In this document: positions 61,504 to 64,000 of the stretch, one piece after another
Position numbering within the stretch: position 1 is the first letter of the stretch
Layout of the letters: each line of letters begins with the position of its first letter
Notes under the pieces: model-generated
What the model was told of the DNA's origin: nothing
The model's database searches: none
Seen by the model: the letters and a program-made list of their open reading frames with translations, nothing else
Assembly (NCBI RefSeq): GCF_009914755.1
Contig: NC_060942.1
DNA: 64,000 nucleotides
DNA from: the human T2T-CHM13v2.0 reference genome, Homo sapiens
Reading direction: 5' to 3' (one strand)
Made by a program: the position numbers and the translations under genes

Positions 61504-61920
61504 GTAAAATATTTATAGAGGTTTATTCTGAGCCAAATACGGGTGATCAAGGCCTGAGGTACAGTCACAAGAGGTCCTGAGAACATGTTCTCAAGGTGGT
61601 TGGGTTACAGTTTGATTATGTACATTTTAGAGGTACAGTCACAAGAGGTCCTGAGAACATGTTCTCAAGGTGGTTGGGTTACAGTTTGATTATGTACATT
61701 TTAGGGGGACAGAAGTTACAGGCAGACATTAATCAAAAATGTTAGGTGTATATTGGTTTAGTCCAGAAAGGTGGGACAACTCAAAGGCGAGATGCTTCCA
61801 GACCATAGGTGGACTCAAAAGAGTTTCTGATTGGAAATCAGTTGAAAGAGTTATATCTTAAGACCTGGAATCAATAGAAAGGAGTGTCTCATTTAAGATA
61901 AGTGTTTGTGGAAACCAAGC
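61504..61920 (-). mobile_element. Partial MER4-family LTR with a perfect 2x74-bp tandem duplication
   Basis: gtttattctgagccaaata...gaggtcctgagaacatg...tagtccagaaaggtgggacaactc. Confidence 0.85.
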
Positions 61921-62016
61921 TTCTTTTTCTTTTTTCTTTTTTTTTGCAATAGCTTTTGGGGTACAAGTGGTTTTTGGTTACATGGATAAATTGTATAGTG
62001 GTGAAGTATGAGATTT
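61921..62016 (-). mobile_element. Very short L1 3' end (L1PB-like) with poly(A)
   Basis: T tract then caatagcttttggggtacaagtggtttttggttacatggataaattgtatagtggtgaagt. Confidence 0.85.
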
Positions 62017-63797
62017 GAGGCTGTAGGGAAAAATCTGCTTTCATGCTTTTTTTCAGCTTTTAGAGGCTGCAGATCTTACTTCCATCTTCAAAGCCAGCAA
62101 TGACTAGTCATGTCCTGATTCTTCTGCCTCTCTCTTTCCCATTGAAGGACCCTTGTGTTTACATTGTGACTACCTGGATAAAACAGGATAATCTATTTAA
62201 GATTAGCTGATTAGCAGCCTTAACTCCCTCTTGGCTTGTAACCTAGCAAATTCAGGGGACAAGGATTGGACATCTTGTTGGTTAGTGTGGGCAGGGAGCG
62301 CCATTCTCCCTGCATACAGTGTAAGACTCTTTAATGCAAGTGATTCTACCAAATAAGCTGACTGAACAGAGTTGCAACTTCTACCTAGGGTTGGAAACCA
62401 GGAAGGCCGTGGAAAGAGGTACCAGCTTTCTGGCACTAGGAGAGAACAGAAATGTGTCTGCCCTTAAATACTTATTTATGTTCTCTATTTTAACCCATGG
62501 ACTCTGAAAAGGGCCTAAATAGTATACTTTTAAATAAACTTCAAGAATATAATATTTTAGCCCACATATTCATGCCCCTCATATTTTTCATTTATCAATA
62601 CTCCAAGCACCTTCTCCAGAAAAAATCCTGAGGACTATGCAATAAGCACATGACAACACAATAGAAAGCCAAATGTATTAGGTAAGTGAGAGCCTCTTCT
62701 CATTAAGACATAACATGTCTGTTTTCCAAATAGCTGCTTCAACTGTGTGGAAATATTCCGTTCTCACTGGGTAGCAGACAGTTTCATTTCATAACTTTTT
62801 GGAACCTTCTAGTCTGATTTTGGCTTTAAAGACCAAAGCTTGTTTTTTTCAGTCTGTTTGCTTGTTTTATTGATCTCCTGTTTAACTTAATGTCTTCTCT
62901 CAATCCTAAATGCAACCTCAACTTGAAGCAAAAGATGTGTGTGTAGGATACCTCCAGTAGATGATTCCTTCTTTCTCTGCTCATCCTTCCAGGTCATCAT
63001 TCCCAAATGCTCTTTTCTTTTCTGGTCACCATAATAAGCAGACACTTCCAAACTTTTGAGTAGTTCTCCTGGGGCCTTTCTCTCTTGGCTTGAGAAAGTT
63101 CCACCTTGTTCACCATGAGGAGGGAAAGAAGGTCCTCTCTGTGAACCTTGCACTCTTCTCAAAAAAGTGACCCTCTCTCTTTCAGTGCTTTCATATACTA
63201 GGTGCAGGTAGTAATAGTGCCAGTTCTGATAACTTTTTGCTTCTTAAATTAGGAGGGGAAAAATCCAAATTGGTATTCTGGGATTACTGTAACTCTATTT
63301 CTTGGTTCCGTATGAGGAATCAGTCTCTTATCTTAAAATATACTCTAGGAATGTGCAGGGGTTCTAGTCCATTTCATAGAATTACTGTTGTAGCAGCTGC
63401 CATCAGCAGCCAGGTGGAGGTTTTTGCTTATCTTTCCTTAGGAAAAAAAGTCACATATATGTGCTGCCACAGAACCAGCATCATTTCCCAGCCCTCAAAC
63501 ATCTGGTTGGCATGTGTACAGACACACAACTCAAATCTCAGCTCCCATGAACATCCCTCTGAATCCAAAATTGGCCCAGAACTTGTTTTTAACTATTGTC
63601 ACACTTTCCTATGAGAGCATTAATATTCTATTCCACTACAACTAAATGACCTACCTCTATCATACCTACCCATAGTCCTGGCAGTTATCCAAGAATCTAT
63701 TTCAATAGTGAGCCTCTTGGACACCAGTGCCATCCTGCATAGTCTATCACAGAATGAGAGCCCCAGAAAATGCAATTAACAACATCATGGCCAGATG

Positions 63798-64000
63798 CCC
63801 ATTGAATATCCCAAATCTGAAAATCCAAAATCTGAAATGCTCAAAATTCAAAATGTTTTGAGTGCCGACATGATGTTCAAAGGAAAAGCTTACTGGAGTA
63901 TTTTGCACTTCGGATTTTTGGATTTGGGATTCTCAACCAGTAATTATAATGCAAATATTCCAAAATCCAAAGAAGAAAAGAAAAAATCTGAACTCTAAAA
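63798..64000 (+). mobile_element. Tigger4a-like MITE (runs to the window end)
   Basis: ttgaatatcccaaatctgaaaatccaaaatctgaaatgctc; same family as 6485-6839. Confidence 0.8.

Larger units (their letters stand above)
61336..62320 (-). mobile_element. MLT1 LTR split by a composite insertion (61483-62016)
   Basis: ttatcttacagtctggaggtcagaagtccaaaatggg...ggctgcattcc resumes as gaggctgtaggg.aaaatc...ccatcttcaaagccagcaa. Confidence 0.8.

Noticed and set aside
63237-63614. 125-aa ORF
   Set aside because: Non-ATG start, no recognisable homology or splice context.

Overview
AT-rich primate (almost certainly human) genomic DNA containing the 3' part of PIK3C3 (VPS34, class III PI3-kinase) on the + strand. 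Ten GT-AG coding exons (3505-50819) splice in frame into 318 aa covering the end of the helical domain and the whole kinase domain (IFKHGDD, DRH, DFG, C-terminal YWRK*), followed by the 3' UTR. Introns and downstream DNA are mostly transposon relics: about 15 Alus including an AluYb8, a full-length Tigger1, L1/L2/MIR fragments, ERV1/ERVL/MaLR LTRs and MITEs. A decayed intronless NAP1L-family retrocopy lies at ~57.8-60.4 kb. Nearly all ORFs in the supplied track are spurious or repeat-derived. I found no convincing new multi-gene system. The most unusual signals are a probable L1 3'-transduction polyadenylated at a captured MER4 LTR signal, the NAP1L retrocopy with mixed NAP1L1/NAP1L3 character, several local templated-copy or template-switch scars, a MER41 LTR with near-abutting GAS motifs, co-oriented CTCF motifs and a candidate alternative last exon. 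Repeat subfamilies, exon numbers and protein comparisons are from memory, not from searches. Repeat boundaries are approximate unless a TSD or TIR is cited.
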